64,000 nucleotides of DNA from Paraspadella gotoi (lineage: Eukaryota > Animalia > Chaetognatha), in assembly GCA_051294375.1 (NCBI GenBank), contig CM119270.1, positions 16,923,904-16,987,903 of the forward strand, read 5' to 3'. The translations under genes were made by a program, and so were the position numbers. The notes below the pieces were generated by a model, which worked only from the letters and a program-made list of their open reading frames with translations, did no database searches and was not told the DNA's origin. This document shows positions 27,436-39,724 of this stretch, piece after piece (the stretch's first letter is position 1; every line of letters starts with the position of its first letter).

Positions 27436-27509
27436 CTGGAGAGCGGTTTATGTCCGAAAGCTGGACTTTAAAAAAATGTCACTCTCGGAAGCATAAATCG
27501 CCTCTCCAG
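27436..27509. repeat. Imperfect inverted repeat, about 75-nt hairpin (MITE relic or RNA stem-loop)
   Basis: CTGGAGAGCGGTTTATGTCCGA pairs with TCGGAAGCATAAATCGCCTCTCCAG. Confidence 0.6.
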
Positions 27510-28690
27510 GTTGTGGCGCAAATCCTTGGGTTACTATTATTATTATTAACTGCTATTTATTAAAAGTAAGCCATCTGGAATGGTTTTTTGAGTCCTTATT
27601 GGTTCTACAAACTGATTTATGATTCTCCGAACACTGAACACTTAATTGTGTCTGCATTCAACTGGCTAATTTTTATTGTAATTAACAATTGCAAAAAATT
27701 TGCTGGGTAGTTATATATAAAGTGTTTTGTTTTTTAAATTTAATGAAACCTTGTTCATCAAGATCGAAAGAATAAAAGTAATGGTTTATCTCATTTTACA
27801 TTTACTTTGACCACATGCTTTTGACTTCACACCAAAGCAGCAACTTGGCTTTATAAGAATTATCATTATTATGCGCTTAGCAGTAAGCACTAAATTTAAA
27901 GATTAAAAAAAAAATTGAATCGTTTTCATTTTTGCTACATTAATAATTTTACTAATTTTTGCCCGGTTGCCAACGTGTGACATTTTGAGGGGATACTCGC
28001 TAAACTTTTATGAATTTATTTTATAATTTAATTTGTTCGGGGTGAGAATTGACTGTTGAGGTTTACGTTTCTTAACATAAATCTTGTTTCTCTATTATCA
28101 TTGGAAAAAAACAAGTTTTAACGACAAACCTTTACTTTAAAACCTAATTTGGCTTTAGTTTTTGTTTACTCTTTACTTTCTGTATCGGTATCGCATCGTG
28201 GTATTGACCAAAAAATTATTGTCGCAATGTTTTTCAAGTAATAACATGATTATAATAATATTATAATAAGGTCTCACAGAATAATTTTAATTTAACTGTC
28301 GACTAAAAAGCAAAAATGATTTTTTTCGATTTTGCCAATGCTGTATCAAGAAATTACGTAGATTTAAGAAGAAAATTAATGTATTGCTGCTATAGAATAG
28401 TCGAAGGTAGACGTGGGATTAAAATAATTTGTTACGATTTACATCCTTATTTTATTGATTTTTAGTAAAAGAATTTTCCGTGTCACTGGATTTCCTTTTG
28501 GGGGAAAAAAATGGGGGAAAAAAAATCGAATCTAAATGAACTTGAGCTTGGATCCACGTCCATCGTGGATCATCTCTCATTCATCATGTAAGACGCTGTC
28601 TTGACCCATGATAAAACTCTTTAACTCGTTGCCGTTGATTCGAGGATCGGTGGGCCGTCCACCCTCTCCTCCGCCGAGGACGACTCCGCC

Positions 28691-31666
28691 ATGATTTCCT
28701 CCTCCAAACCTCCGCCCAACTTCCTCCTGGGATCCCTCGTCGGCGTCTCCCTCACCCTCCTCCTCCTCCTCCTCCGCTCAGATTTTAGAGAGGAGAGTCT
28801 CGTCCTCCGAACGGTCGAGGGCGCGAGGGTTGACGCCGCGGAAGTTACTACTTCCGGCTTCGTCGACGCGGCTGCTTCTGCCGCTTCTCCAACAGCGGCG
28901 TCGTCAAAGCGGCGCGCCTTCGTCGACTGCGGGGCAAACACGGCTTCGAGCGTTGAGCTCTTTAGGTCAACTTATCCCGGAGGTAAGCCTTGGGAAGGAG
29001 AACACTTACTGTATTTGTTTGTTTGTTTGTTTGTTTATTTGTGACTTTCACTCATTCCGCCCAAATTTATTCTACAGGAGACGACATCGACATCTTCTCC
29101 TTCGAAATCGACGCTCGCCTCTGTCCCTACTTCGCGGGCTTTCTCCGCCACACTTTATTTTGCCCCGTAGCCGTGGGAACGACGGACAAACCCGCCGTTG
29201 CACACCTCGAGGGTCCCTGGTCTCCGAGTGAGCCGTTGAGAGACGGGAAAGAAATGAGATGGGGTGAGAATGACTGAAAAGAATGGAGACCTGGAATGGC
29301 TCGGCCGGATTGTTCGATTTGAATGAAATTTCTTGCAGGCGGCGGTACTCTCTTCGCCTCGAAACTGGAGATCGTTTCGGCCGATGGAGGACCACGCGGG
29401 TTATCGCGTCACGTCAACGTCTCCACGATAGATCTGGCATCTTGGTTGAAGAGGTTGGTTATTGAAATCGGGAATAAGCGATCTTACAGCAATGCGGTTT
29501 CATCCATTTCATGTTTAAGTGTTTAAGTGAAGCTCTTAACCATCCTTCCCCTTACTTTATTTCCCCCGACTTCTAGAACCTTCACCCTCGAAGACGAAGT
29601 CATCCTCAAACTTGACGTGGAAGGCTCCGAGTTCTCGATCCTCCACGCTCTCCTCGACTCCGGCGCTCATCTCCTCGTCGACAAGTGGTACGGAGAGTTG
29701 CACGAGTGGGCGCCCGGCGTCGCCGGCGCCGACGAGTGGCATGCTTTGCGGCGCCGATTGGCGGAGAACGGAGTGAGGATTCTCGATTGGGAGGCCGACA
29801 GGTGACGTAGAATTTATATGAATCTATTAAATCTCATGCGACCATTACGAAACGAATTCTAAACCGGTCTCGCGATGCTCGGTCAATCCGCAAACCGGTT
29901 ATCAGTCATTTTTCGATCATTTTTGTGATCTTTCTCTTTTAGATCGTATTGAGAAGATTTTGGAATCAGATTAAAAGTCAACTTTATTTGAAAGGATATT
30001 TTATTTTTTCGACTAAGGTTTTTAGTTTAAAAAACGCAAAGTAACAACGAAAAGGATAAATTTTTCTTTTGAAATTGGCCACGAAATGATGTTAAGTTTT
30101 GTCGACACACGCCTTAACATCTCTCCGGCTCATCCCGCCCCCCTCCCCCCTCTCCGAAAAACAAAACTAATTGCAGATGGTTCTACGAAGATCTGGAAGC
30201 TCTGAACCCTCCTCCCCTCTTTTCATCTGCCTCGGGTCAACCGGGAGAGCTGCTCATCTCGTGCAGGCGAGGTAAGAATGTTCTCTTGTCAACGGGACAG
30301 GCGAAGAGGGATGACCCACGGGGAAAATGGCTTCATGACTCTGTGTCCCTTCGTCATGAAATTCAAAGACTGTGTTGGTCAATGGTCAATGATTGAAAAG
30401 GTCCGCGTCTGCCAGCGTGGAAACTATTCATACAGTTATGTCGTTGCATGAAACGGAAGAAGAGACACTTATTAGACTTAATAAGAAGACACTTATGAAT
30501 GCAATTATTTCGCTCTATGAATAATTTCCCATCGATTTAATCGAAGTGGATTTTTTTCGAAAACCAAAAACATTATGGACTAAACATAATAATAAACATA
30601 ATCTTCGTTTGTCTCTCAGACGCCACCGGCCGTAAAGCGGCGGCGTTGGGAGTGGCCCTTGGTCTCTCGCCCCTTCGCGCCGCCAAACTCGTGGCCACGT
30701 TGCGCGCCTACTTCGACCAGCGCCGCGAACCTCTCGCGCCGCCGAGAAGCGTCAACGAAACGAACGGAGGCGATAGCAACGAGACGGCGCCTCTCCCAGT
30801 CACCCTCTTCCTCTACTCGGATTTCGTCGACCTCTATCCCGATCTCGTAGCTGAGTGGGCGCGCCGCTTCGTCATCGCCTCTAGAGGTGGCGAGATATTT
30901 GGCCATTTCATGACCATGAGTCATCGATAAAACAATTTTAACCAACAATTTTCGAACGATGCTCAGGCGAAGCCCCTTTCCCCGACTCTGCTCGCGTTCC
31001 TCCTGAATCCCGCCGGAAGTCGCTCGTCGCCTCGGGGCGCGCCTTCGCACGACACGGTATCGCTCCTCACTTGCTTTTGACGGACGCTTGGGACGTGTCG
31101 CCTCATCTTCTTAAGGAGGTAAGAAGGAATGATTTTGAAAATGGTGCCTCGTGATTAAGGATAATTGAAAGATGATGTCGTTAATAGAGGGAGAGGAATT
31201 GATTCTCCGATTACAACTTTAGGCGCGGAGTCGAGGGTTACGCGTCGTCCGTCCAACCGTTACCTTCCCGCCTCTTTATCGCGACTCGCCTCACAAGGTA
31301 ATGTCGCCACATTGGATTGTCCTCTACTATCGAGTCGCCTCTATGTATTAAGAATATTGTTGGACATAAACTTAACGAAAACTTTTCTCTTCAGCTGGGC
31401 GACTTTTACTTCCAAGTCAGATCCGTGGAGAGAACTCCGAAGGCTTTGAGGTGAAAACAAGAAAAAAAAGAAGTCGTTTGATTTCCTTGCCTTCGTTTTC
31501 TCTTTACGTCTCATTCGTCTTTAGATTTATCGAGAGCGAACTCAAGGCGGACGGCGGAGTCGTGGTGCTTGACGCCGACGACGAAGACGCTCACAGGGTC
31601 TCCGTCTTTCTCCTCGAATTCCTTCGTCGTCCCTTTAAACTCGTCGCCGTCGACGATTGCTTCTAG
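28691..31666 (+). CDS. Type II membrane FkbM-family (Methyltransf_21-like) SAM-dependent methyltransferase with a C-terminal degenerate NodB/polysaccharide-deacetylase-like domain, about 534 aa, 10 exons
   Basis: Exons 28691-28982, 29078-29263, 29339-29453, 29577-29801, 30177-30271, 30620-30886, 30967-31118, 31223-31297, 31395-31450 and 31525-31666 total 1605 nt and stay open. Motifs: N-terminal anchor LLGSLVGVSLTLLLLLL, FVDCGAN, IFSFEID and VILKLDVEGSEF. C-terminal PVTLFLYSDFVDLYPDLVAEW and GGVVVLDAD...FKLVAVDDCF resemble CE4 motifs. Confidence 0.82.
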
Positions 31667-33288
31667 GGCTTTATGAGAAGTTGAAAATACTTGTCTGCAA
31701 ACTGATTGGACCTCTCGCTCGGCTTTCGCCGCTCAACTTTTAAGGGGAGATCGATGTTTTCCTTTTTCGCCGTCCTGCTTAGCCAATAGCCATATCACGA
31801 ACTCATAACTTAATCCGGTGCTCGAGAGTTTTTTCTTTTAATTTTTCTTACTTAAAACCGCCGTACTCGTCTTTCTAACTTTTTGTCTTATAACTTTATA
31901 ACTGACTGATACTCGACTATTTTTAATAGTTCGCCAGCTTTCCACTATTGTTAGTCGTTTTCTTTTTAAGCAATTGCGATAACTTCACCCGAGTTTAACG
32001 CTTTGATCTCAATTACGTATATTTTACAATTTTGTATTTATTTTAAATTTTATTCCGAATATTTTTTTTGAATCGGTGTCTCTTTATTTTTCCGATTTCG
32101 CCCGTTTCGTTACAGGTTTGGTTTGCATCAGGTTATCGATCCGATCAATTAAACTTACTGGAATCTAACGTCGCAGTGCCAGGTACGCTCTTTTATTTTT
32201 CTTGAAATATGCTATATATTTATATTTTATAATTCTTAACATCGGGTAATGGGAGTTAGGGTATATATTTATACCGAAGAGGGTATATAGAGCATAGATC
32301 CAGGATTCTCCTGGAAATAGTTTTGGAGATGTGAGACAAGGATCAACTCGCGGACTTCAACAAGGAAACTCAATCTGGTTTTACGCCGACAGCTATTTCT
32401 AGTTCCTGTCAACCGAGGCAACACCTCCAAATCTTCAGCAACATTCGTCTTACTGATCGCAACCTTTCACCTACATTGTCATCCAATAAGACTCATCCCT
32501 TCTCCTTCCCCGCTCGATAATGAGCGCCGTCACCATACTCGCCTGATTCGAGGTCCTCACTCTATCCTCCCTCCAAGAGGTGCCCTCCCCCTATCGCTTC
32601 ATGAGAAGCGACTTCTTTCCCTAGCTCTCCTCACTCCCCCAATAACGAGCTCTCACCCGAGTGACGGAATGTCCCGTCTCTCCATTCGCCGGTTTTTTTT
32701 AAATACCTGGATGATGGACGTCACCCAGACGATGGATATTGAATTTTTAACGACGGAAACTGCATCAACAGCAAAACTAAGTTAGCAACCATTACGGTAT
32801 TTGGACAACATGCATTGCCACCTAAAATATAATCAACCATGAAAAAAAAAGCTTCTTTTTAAATTAAGTAGTGAATTTACTAGCGAGAAAACGCAAAAGA
32901 AAAAGAAAGACCGAAAGCTTCCGTTCCCGGGTGTTCGTTAAAAAGATTTCGTTTAGGTTTTCTCCCCGTTTTTCTCATTTTTCGCTGCTCAGCGAATGTC
33001 CAGCAAATTTGGGACCCGCCCACCCCAACTCCCTCCTCACGATTAAAACCTTATTTCAATTCCAGAGAAAAATTTAAATTTCGGGGGAAATTTATACGAA
33101 TCCCTTTCCTCGGACCCCTTTGATTACCTCTCTTCCACCTTTATCTTTTCCGAGAAATCATCGAAGAAATCATAGACAACGTCGACGAAGCTTCACGTCG
33201 CTTTCCAGTCTTTTTCTAATTTTCGACTCTCGAAAGTTCACCGTAAACTCGCGCTCTCTTAATCGCCTGCTTCTAAGACCCCCGCATC

Positions 33289-36200
33289 ATGTCCTCAACT
33301 GAAGAGGCCAAGGCCGACGCGGATGAAGACCAGTTGGAGAATAAAACTGAGACTCTGGAAGTTCTCGCGGAGAACGGCGCCGACGGGGACGCCGAAGAAG
33401 CGATCCTCGAAGATGACGCCGGCGCCGAATTCGACGAAGACGAATACGACGAAAACGGAGTTAACGATCGTATCCACGACGAAAACGACGTAGACGGCGA
33501 CGACGTAGATTTGGGAGAAAATCAAAGATACGCCGAGTCGGCGGAGGCCGATGACGACGACGACGACGATGTAAACGACGTCTCCGCCGGCGATGAATTT
33601 GACGCCGAGTCGAAAGGGGACCCATCTGTAGAAAAAGTCGACGCAAAATGCGACGCGGTCGCTGCCTCTTCCGCCCCACCTCCTGTCATGCAGGGTCGTC
33701 CGCAGGAGGAATCCCTCGTCGTCCACGTTGACGACGCTCAGGACGATCTCGACGCCGACCTCGGCCCGGCGTCATCAGCCGCGACGCCGCAGAAGATCGA
33801 AGGGAAAGACGACGCCGTCGGGAAAGCGAAGAACGTGGAGTCGGCGACGACGACGACATCGGGTTCTGGAAAAAGCGATGACGCCGGCGAGAAGGAGACT
33901 TCCTCGCCCGTCGGAAAAGCCGGAGCCGGGAAAGAGTCGGCGGGATTGGGCGTTGGAGTGGAAAGGAGTGATTCGAAGGGTGATGGAAAGGCTAAGATCA
34001 GGTGATTAATCTGCTTCGCCAAAGTACAGGTGATTTTAATTTTTATGTATATTTGGTTCCATATCTGAGTGGGGGAAAAGTGAAACGGATCAGAATGGTA
34101 ATAAAAGCCTCCGGTAAGTTTAATTGGTCGTTAAGGCGAAAACAATGCTACTTGATGCATAATAAAGAAGAAAATGTCATCGTGGGAGCAACGGATTTTT
34201 ATGTCACGACAACTTTGAAAGAACGGAACGAAATGATTGGAGGTTTTCGGCCTTTCATCACAAACCACTTCTCGAAGAAAGTGTCTCGCATTATCACGCA
34301 ATATTCCCGCGAAGCCCAACGCTAAACCTTGGATCAAGGACGACGCCTTTTTTTCCAACGACTTTGAAACCAATGAAAACGAATCCGACGGAATCTCGTA
34401 CACGGTGGAGTTCCACTCAGATATGCAAATGTTTTTTTGCGTCGTGGGGGGAAGAGAATCTGCTTAATCAAAAGGGAGAATGGACCAATTAACAAGATTC
34501 CGTTACTCGCCTCCCGCTATATCTTTCTCCTTCCCTGTCCCTCCCTTCCCTCTCGTTCCCCGCGAACCACCCTCAGACGCGAAGATGGACCAGAGCTCGA
34601 CTCCGCGACTTCGAAACCCGACGACAAATCGGCGAAGGACGATGGAAAGGAGAAGGATCTTTGGATCTCGAATTTGTCGTCGACGACGCGGGCCACCGAC
34701 TTGAAACAGATATTTTCCAAACACGGAAAAGTCGTTGGCGCCAAGGTCAGTTTCGATTTCTTTTGTGTAGTTGATTTAGCTTTGGTGATTTTTATTCTTG
34801 CATCTGACTTTTGATCTTTCCTCCCTAGGTTATGACAAACGCCAAGATTCCTGGGTCCCGTTGCTACGGTTACGTCTCCATGGCGACCATCGCTGACGCC
34901 GAAAAGTGCATCGAAAAGTTTCACAAGACCGAAATTCACGGACGAACGATCACAGTGGAAAAGGCTACGTCCATAAAACTCTCAGGTTTTTTGTGTTTTT
35001 TTTTTCTTTTTTTTTTTTCTGGCTTTATCAAAATATAATAAGAAAAAGATTTATTGAACTGACCGAACTCGTTATCCTCGTTTCAAGGACCGACTAGGTC
35101 ATCAGGGAGTCCGCAAAAATCTACGCCCTCGAAGGAACGTAAATCATCGGGGCACTCACCACGCGAAGAGAAGGACGGGAAAAGGAAAGATTCTAAGGTG
35201 GAGACGTCGCCAACGACCTCTGGAGAGAACAAAAAGGAAACCAAGGCGACTGTCAAAACTCCCTCCAAGGCTCTGCTGAAGACGCCGGGAAAGGCTGGCG
35301 CCAAGGCTCCCGCGAAAACGCCCATTAAAAAGCTGATGGACGCTCCCATCAAGGACGATACTCTGTGAGCCACTTTTTTGTCCGGGGGGGGGGAAGAATG
35401 CGCATTGCACAAGGTTATTCGTCTAATTAATTTTTAAATTTTATTTTTTCCAGCGCTCGACAAAGAATGATTAACGCTAGGGAACGAGATCGTATCAAAC
35501 GTCTCGAGTTCAACTTGAAAAAGGTGACAATCTTTGAGATTTCAGTTCGATTCTCTTTCGTTACTAATTCTCCTTTTCCAATTCCTCCCTCCACCCACAG
35601 GAGCGACAAAGGTTGGACCGAGATCGTCTCCGCGATCGCCAACGATTCGATCGCGAGATGAAGTACATCAAGGACGAGAGGCTGCGGCTGCGTCGGGAAA
35701 GCCTTACCTTGAAAAAGGCAAGAGAAACGCTTGTCAAGGAGCGCGAGGAGATGAATAGGTAAGGCGCAGATAACTGTTATACGTATACAATATACTATCA
35801 AATATCCATAAGACATATAATAATGACGAAATTAAAATAATAAAACGAACTCTCGTTAATCAAAATTGACATACTCGCCTCATTTTTCAGGCTGGAGCGA
35901 GAACGAGCCAAGCTGGAGCGGGAGCGCCGCGAGCGCGAAAGACTGGAGCATGAGCGGGAGAAAGAGCGACTTAAGGCCGAGAAGATGCGCCTGCAGGAGG
36001 AGCGGAGGGCCGTCAAGCGCACTTTGGACGATACATACATAGGAACGCCATCTGCGCGGGACAGGTATCGTTATTTCGATCTTTTTGCTTTGATTTTGAA
36101 TTGAAACATTTTTTTTTTGGCAACATCATTCACTCACCTCTTTCTGTTCAGATGTCACTCTGGCGAGCCTTCGGCCAAAAAGCCTAATTACGGTGAAGCC

Positions 36201-37358
36201 GAACGACGCTTCAACCAGTCACCCGGTCGCGCCTCTCAAAAAGGATCCGCCTTTGGACGGCACGGGATGGTGGGTGACGCGTCCAACGTCTCGTCAAACC
36301 GGAAGTCGGGTCCTAGATCCTCGTCGCACGACCGAATGGGTGAGCGGTTTAATCTCATCCGGCGGCAAGTTCGTCCTCAACTTTTAAAACCTTTTCATTT
36401 TCTCAGGTCGCTCCATCGGATCGAGAAATCTCGGCACGAAGTCCTCAGTTCCGAAAAACAGCGCCGCTCGTCACGTTGACGATGGGCGCTCCTTGGGTGA
36501 GTATTGATTAAACGTTGACAAAGAAACGAGGATGAATCTGGACCGTGATTAAAATATCCATCATACGGTCTTTCTATCTTTTTTTTATAGGTTCTCATTC
36601 CACGATGCCAAAACTAAACGGGAAGTTTTCTCGACCTCGCGGAGGACTTTCGCCTCGCACGCAGAACGGGGTAAGTTTAAAATATTTGTAAGGTTAAAAT
36701 TGCAGCCAATTCCAGATAATCATAATTTAATTTTCTACGAACTCTAATTTTTATTCATTTTATTCATTTTATTTATTCCTTTGGATAAAGATGGATAAAT
36801 CCCGCGGTGCCGACATCCTCCCCGCCCGCGGACCCAACGCCCGTCACTCCTCCTACGGCCAACTGGGGCAGCGCTTTTCCGACGGAGCGGTCGGTGGCGC
36901 CGCCGCGACCGGATCAATTGCCGAGTGAGTATAGTGTGAAATGAGTCATTCGGTTTGTCGATAAAATTGAAAGACTCCGAAACCCGAAGAGGCAGGTAGT
37001 GAACGCATCCCAATTTCTCCCATTCCCCCCCATTTTCGTTTTTTTTTTCAGATCCTATTCGATGGTCGGACAAAAACCCAGCTGGGCAGGCTCAGCGCCC
37101 AAGAGACCCGCTGGTCCTCCGAACAGCGTCGTCGCCGCCGGTTTCGTACGCGGTTCAACCGCCAGAGGTGCTAGTTTTGGAATAGTTCAATCGGGCAATT
37201 CTCATAATGATAATTATTAAAACGAAAGCAAGGGAAGGACATGTTTTTTTAAACTTTCTTTGGTTTTAACTTTTTAGTTTTTACGGACTGTTTTTGCAGG
37301 AGGACGGGAACGGTTCAGTCGCGGTGGGCGTGGCGGAGGCCGAGGATTTCGCCGATAA
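33289..37358 (+). CDS. SAFB: SAFB/SLTM-like RNA-binding protein (acidic region, RRM, E/R coiled coil, RGG tail), 12 exons
   Basis: The [50 protein letters not shown]...[19 protein letters not shown] is characteristic of SAFB/SLTM. E/R-rich exons span 35453-36064, and the protein ends [15 protein letters not shown] at 37358. Confidence 0.92.
34136..34325 (+). CDS. Candidate alternative stop-containing exon inside SAFB intron 1
   Basis: An AAG acceptor at 34133-34135 is in phase with exon 1 (phase 2) and gives [62 protein letters not shown]. Confidence 0.45.
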
Positions 37359-39724
37359 AGATCGAAGCTTCGTTCGTCGGAAGGCGGCGCTGATTCCTTA
37401 GACTAGTCTCGTCATCAACTCTTACACGGCGCATGCAAATTAGAAAATTCCCTCGACGATTTACTCTTGGAAAATCGTTCGCCGCTGACTTTTTTTGGGG
37501 GGGAGGGATGGGATGGATATTCTACGGACTCCGCACATCAATTCGGACTAACAACGATTAATAATTCTGCGGAGGAAATTTTTTTGGGGGGGAATCTATT
37601 CGCCGTGGTTCCCGGTGTAATATATGTATCTTGTTATGCTTCGAAAAGATTTGTCTCATTAATTTAGCCATAATCTTCAATTGCCGAATTCATAACTGGG
37701 CAGAAAAAAGTTAGATATTTGTTAATAGCATTAATGCTACTTACGCAACGAAACGAAGAATAAAAACGATTTTATTTAAAAATTTTGTTAAATTATTTTT
37801 TTTGTTTTGATGAAAAACTTTGAATTTTCCGAATACTGTTCGAGTTTTCTCTGATTTAGTTCTGCAAAATCATCTGCAGATTTTCTGAATATAAATATTT
37901 GTGTCAAGAAAATAGTAGGGGTTTACTGTATTTAATGTGTAAAGTCACTAAATTTATCCCACTATTACTCATCAGAATTGCTTTTTTTGTCTCTAAAAAA
38001 ACAAAAAACAAACTTGATTCCTTTTTTTTTATTCCCCCGTTGTTCGTGATTTCAGATTATAAAAAGTAAAATCAAGACTTTCTTAATATTCAAAATTCGA
38101 AAAATTTGTCAATCGTTTCAAAGACAAAGAAAACATTTTCGACGTGGGATACAACCCCGGCAGCGAGCTTCTATTTATATCGGGATAAAAAGAAAAAAAA
38201 ACGAGACTCTTGTTAAAAACACTAAGCCTACTCAATTTAAGAAAAAGAAAAACTAAGTCACCCAAACGTTGAAAAGAAAAAAATCTCTCCCTTCAACTTT
38301 TTTCCTCATCTCTCTCTCTTGCTCGTTGTTAAGAATCGGTTAATCGACTCGTTAGTTTTATCGCCAGTTATCGCGTTTTTTGCATATCATCGAAATTATT
38401 ATAAAAAAATATTATTAAACAAAAAACTTGTTAATTTATTACAAAAACAATTCCTGTCTTCGTTTTCCTTTGGCTTCGTCTTTTCCGTCAAATCGCCAAC
38501 CACGAACTTCGCCGCTTTCTACCGCTTACTCCTAGTCGTATTCATCGGTTACGTGTTACTACTTCTACTAAAAAAAAATCTACTACTACTATTATTCCTT
38601 TATCTACTGCGTTTTTCCGTTTGTTGCGTCTGTTTTTAGTTCTCTCACTACAAAAAAAAATATTTTTAGAAATTAAATCAATTCACTTCGTTTCTCTCTT
38701 TCTCGTTTTATATTGTTCCGTGTAAGGATACCACCCACGGTCTCTCTTTCACCCTCACTCCGTCTCTCTCTCGCTCTCTTCGGCGAAAAAAAAAGTCGGC
38801 GGAGGGGAAAAATCGGAAAATCGGCTCTCGATTGTGCTTGGTAAGTTGACTTAAATTTGTATCAGCCTACTTATTAAACTCTCGGCTAATTTGCCTTAAA
38901 TTAAAGTCATTTCCTCCTTTTTTTCGTTTCTTGTAGATTCACGTTTTCTTCGCTGTCTCTTTCCACGTTTCCGTCATCCAAGTGTTTTGCACTCTTTACG
39001 TCTTTTTCAACTTACCTCTCTATTTTTTATACGTCGTTCCAAAAAAAAAAAACCTTGATTTATATTTTAAAAAAATCATTACTAGTGTTTAAAATTTAAA
39101 AGCTTTCATTACTTTCAATTTTCTCTTTCTTCCTCATCCGCGTTTAACTTGAAAAACTATAATTACGCTTCGCTGGGTTTAAATTTTTAAAAAAACGAAC
39201 AAACAAAGCAACACTTCATAATCATATCGTTTTTAATCGAAAAAAAAATTGCCTTTTAAGAAAAAAAAAGCTGCCGCCTTCTTTCGTTTTCTACGCGCGC
39301 GCGACTGAAAACTACGTTTAATTCATTACGGAACGGCAACTCTTTCCTTCTCTCCCTTCACCGGGACACACCCCCCACCCCAAATTATCTCCGCCGATAA
39401 ACACGTGCTCAATAGAAGAAAACATCTTGGACCTGACCCTTCGCTTCCCCTACGACTGTCGCCTAATTTATATAAATCTCTTGTCAAATTTAATTTTCTG
39501 ACATCGATCTCTATTCTTCTCTTTTTTGCTTTTCTTGCCATCTTTTCCCCACGTCTCTCGCTGTCTCGTTTTCGCTTTGCTTCCATTCACACTTTTCGTC
39601 CCTTATTTTTTTGTTATTTATTATATTCTTCTCTTTTTCTTCCGAACCCCGGGCCATTTAGTTGTCCTCATCGTCCTGATCCCCAGTCCCATCCCCATCC
39701 TAGTCTTTCCCCGGTCGGAATCAA

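Noticed and set aside
30345-30480. Small hairpins in a methyltransferase intron (TTCATGAC/GTCATGAA; CTTATTA/TAATAAG) as SECIS or snoRNA
   Set aside because: Intronic, no in-frame UGA in the gene, and no C/D or H/ACA box arrangement.
34960-34990. Possible GC-AG intron after the SAFB RRM (AAG|GCTACG)
   Set aside because: Phase requires the canonical downstream donor TCAG|GTTTTT at about 34986.
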